From positions 1 to 36,324 of IMG/VR virus record IMGVR_UViG_3300038566_000156: DNA of 36,324 nt. The stretch is one strand, 5' to 3'. The translations under genes and the position numbers were made by a program. The stretch comes from a virus. The notes under the pieces were generated by a model. The model did no database searches. It was not told the origin of the DNA and saw only the letters and a list, made by a program, of their open reading frames with translations. Shown in pieces: positions 34,021 through 36,324 of this stretch (within the stretch, counting starts at the first letter, position 1; the number at the start of each line of letters is the position of its first letter).

Positions 34021-35274
34021 ATGGCCGTACAGAATAATAACCTTTTAACGGACGATATTATCGCCAAAGAAGGTTTACGTTTATTAAAAAACAACTTAGT
34101 CATGGCTAAGAATGTTTACCGCAAATACGAAAGCGAGTTTGGTAAGGTGGGCGATACTATTCGCTTAAAACTTCCGTACCGCGTTAAGTCTGCCAGTGGT
34201 CGAACGCTTGTTAAGCAGCCATTAGTTGACCAAACAATCCCTTTAAAAATCGACTATCAAGAACACGTTGGTCTTGAATACACGGTTAAAGACAAGACTT
34301 TGGATATTGCTAACTTCTCTGAACGCTACCTTAAATCGGGCATGACTCAGATTGCTAACAAAATCGATCAGTCTATTTTGCTTACTCTGAAAAATATCTT
34401 TCACAGCTCAGGCACACCGGGTACGCGCCCTGGTAAGTTTATCGACTTTGCCAATGCTGGCGCTAAGATGACCACTTATGCAGTGCCTCAAGATGGTATG
34501 CGTAAAGCAATCCTTAACCCGTTTACTTGTGCGAACCTGTCTGACGAAGTAACCAAGCTTTTCAATGAAAAAATGGTTAATGGCGCGTACATGAAGGGAT
34601 ATAAGGGCATGGTTTCAGATTTTGAAACTTACGACTCGCAGAATATCCCAACTCACACAGTTGGTAAGCATGGCGGCACTCCACTTATCGCCGGCACGAT
34701 CACCAATGGCTCTACCATTACAACCGATGGCTGGGACACTTCTGTAACTGGTCTGCTAAAGCAGGGCGATGTAATTACCTTTTCTGGTGTTTATGGCGTA
34801 AACCCTCAGAACTACACGTCTACTGGCTTGCTTCAGGAGTTTGTTGTTCAGGCAGACGTTGATTCTGATGCTGGTGGCTTGGCTACTATCACCGTTTCGC
34901 CAGAAATGAATGACGGTACCGCAACCACTACCAACTCTAATGGTGATTCGTTGTCATTGAAGGCATACCAGAACATTAGTGCTTTACCGGCAGATAACGC
35001 ACCAATCACTGTATTGGGTGCAGCAGACACGACTTACGAGCAAAACTACTTGTTCCACCGTGACGCTGTAGCATTGGCAATGATTGACCTTGAGCTACCA
35101 CAGACGGCAGTTGTTAAGTCTCGCGCAAGTGATCCAGATTCAGGATTGTCTTTAACCTTAACAGGTGCGTATGACATTAATGAGCAGTCTGAAATTCACC
35201 GTATTGATGCGGTGTGGGGCACTAAAGCAATTTACCCAGAATTGGGTATGCGTTTATGGGGTCAGGCATACTAA
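34021..35274 (+). CDS. Major capsid protein (P22 coat gp5-like)
   Basis: 417 aa versus 430 aa for P22 coat. The C-terminus 'HRIDAVWGTKAIYPELGMRLWGQAY' resembles P22 '[26 protein letters not shown]' (recalled). It follows the scaffold gene and is followed by a strong terminator. Confidence 0.8.
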   Translation: MAVQNNNLLTDDIIAKEGLRLLKNNLVMAKNVYRKYESEFGKVGDTIRLKLPYRVKSASGRTLVKQPLVDQTIPLKIDYQEHVGLEYTVKDKTLDIANFSERYLKSGMTQIANKIDQSILLTLKNIFHSSGTPGTRPGKFIDFANAGAKMTTYAVPQDGMRKAILNPFTCANLSDEVTKLFNEKMVNGAYMKGYKGMVSDFETYDSQNIPTHTVGKHGGTPLIAGTITNGSTITTDGWDTSVTGLLKQGDVITFSGVYGVNPQNYTSTGLLQEFVVQADVDSDAGGLATITVSPEMNDGTATTTNSNGDSLSLKAYQNISALPADNAPITVLGAADTTYEQNYLFHRDAVALAMIDLELPQTAVVKSRASDPDSGLSLTLTGAYDINEQSEIHRIDAVWGTKAIYPELGMRLWGQAY

Positions 35275-35289
35275 GCCAGCCAACTAAAT

Positions 35290-35316
35290 AAAGCCTCCAC
35301 GCGAGGCTTTATTTTT
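35290..35316 (+). terminator. Rho-independent terminator after the coat gene
   Basis: An 8-bp stem AAAGCCTC/GAGGCTTT (35290..35297 and 35303..35310) with a 5-nt loop, followed by ATTTTT. Confidence 0.8.
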
Positions 35317-35342
35317 AACTTTCTTTTTAAAGAGGTATTACT

Positions 35343-35828
35343 ATGTCTAAAATCTATTTATTTCATAAAGATCAGCCAGAAGGCAAAGCGTTTGACGTTG
35401 AAGTTGTACGCGCTAAGCAAGATAAAATGAAGAAGGACGGCTGGGTAGATACTCCGGCATTGCTAGACCTTCCAAAGCCTAAGCCTAAAGCTATTACCGA
35501 TGAAGAAGCCAAACAAGCAAAGCCGCAAGAGTTGGTTGCCATGGTTAAAGCGCTTGGCTACATGGTTTTAACAGAAGTAGAATTTACCGCAGAAGTTAGC
35601 AAGGCGGCGCACCAGCTACACGTTGATGCCGGATTAGCAAATACAGAAGAAAAAGATCAAAAGCTATCTGAAACCGAAGAAAAGCTAATTGCTCAATTTG
35701 AAGTTGATGCCTTCAGCTTAACCAAGCCAGAGCTAATTCAAGTTGGTAAATTGCATAATGTGCGTTTAACTATGAACCACAATGAAGATACAATGGTAGA
35801 GAAAATTCAAGAAGCGATGGCGGTTTAA
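35343..35828 (+). CDS. Hypothetical structural-module protein (161 aa) with a possible HeH/SAP-like C-terminal motif
   Basis: It lies between coat and adaptor. The C-terminus 'LTKPELIQVGKLHNVRLTMNHNEDTMVEKIQEAM' resembles Rho-N/HeH helix-extension-helix motifs that are common after phage capsid genes. Confidence 0.5.
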   Translation: MSKIYLFHKDQPEGKAFDVEVVRAKQDKMKKDGWVDTPALLDLPKPKPKAITDEEAKQAKPQELVAMVKALGYMVLTEVEFTAEVSKAAHQLHVDAGLANTEEKDQKLSETEEKLIAQFEVDAFSLTKPELIQVGKLHNVRLTMNHNEDTMVEKIQEAMAV

Positions 35829-35831
35829 AAT

Positions 35832-36324
35832 ATGGCATTCACAGTGGGCGGCGCTATCCGAAGCGCAATGAGAAAAATTGGTGTGCTCGCCCCTGGGGAA
35901 GCATTACCGGCGCATGAAGGCGATGATGCCTTAGAGGTGTTTCGCCAAATGGTTGATGATTGGGCCAATGAAATCTTGTTGATTCCAATTGTTAATGATG
36001 TGCTTTTCACACTTAGTCCTGATGTGTCTGAATACACTATCGGCATTTATCCAGAGCCAAAGCCAGACCCATTACCTGAGAACCATATTGAGACTTCACG
36101 ACCAGAGCGGATTATCGCGGCGTTTATTCGTGATGGCTCAAACACTGATTATCAATTAGAGCTAATGGATATTAAAACCTATTCACGAATTAGCCAAAAA
36201 GGTAACGGTTCGCGCCCTTCTCGAATGTACATACAGGAAGGCTGGCCGCTCAATGAAATTCGTTTTGAGTCAGTACCTTATGCTAATGAAGTATTGCACC
36301 TATCAGTAGTACAACCACTTTCTG
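35832..36324 (+). CDS. P22 gp4-like head-to-tail adaptor, 5' part (continues at window position 100 through 356)
   Basis: 'GAIRSAMRKIGVLAPGEALPAHEGDDALEVFRQMVDDWANE' parallels P22 gp4 '[40 protein letters not shown]' (recalled). The frame stays open to the end of the window. Confidence 0.75.
   Translation, partial: MAFTVGGAIRSAMRKIGVLAPGEALPAHEGDDALEVFRQMVDDWANEILLIPIVNDVLFTLSPDVSEYTIGIYPEPKPDPLPENHIETSRPERIIAAFIRDGSNTDYQLELMDIKTYSRISQKGNGSRPSRMYIQEGWPLNEIRFESVPYANEVLHLSVVQPLS
36226..36324. repeat. Second copy of the 99-bp terminal overlap
   Basis: Identical to 1..99 by direct reading. Confidence 0.9.

Overview
The window is a complete, circularly closed genome of a P22-like tailed podovirus. 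The first 99 nt are identical to the last 99 nt, leaving about 36,225 bp of unique sequence. About 32 kb is transcribed on the + strand. In order, this carries a recombination module (Erf annealase plus YqaJ exonuclease), a block of small unknown ORFs, a lysis cassette (M15 endolysin, LydA-like holin) and a morphogenesis module. The morphogenesis module follows P22 gene order: terS, terL, portal, scaffold, coat, gp4-like adaptor (wraps across the window ends), gp10-like, needle, gp7/gp20-like ejection proteins, then a tailspike. A 3.8-kb leftward arm (17.3-21.1 kb, - strand) holds a Cro-like HTH regulator, a replisome organizer, a lambda-P-like helicase loader, and NinB and NinG homologues. 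I saw no integrase, CI-type repressor, tRNA or CRISPR array. The main anomaly is one 3146-aa ORF (26% of the genome) in the P22 gene-16 ejection-protein slot. It strings together a ParB-like domain, two mini-GNAT domains, an N6-adenine DNA methyltransferase and an HExxH zincin peptidase, followed by a roughly 900-aa C-terminal module. This fits a polyvalent, probably injected, multi-effector protein. Other notable items are a cupin+SET-domain (protein lysine methyltransferase-like) gene among the ejection genes and two adjacent repeat arrays inside the replication organizer gene. One of those arrays has exact 10-bp phasing and is a candidate origin. All family assignments rest on motifs and remembered homologues, not on database searches.
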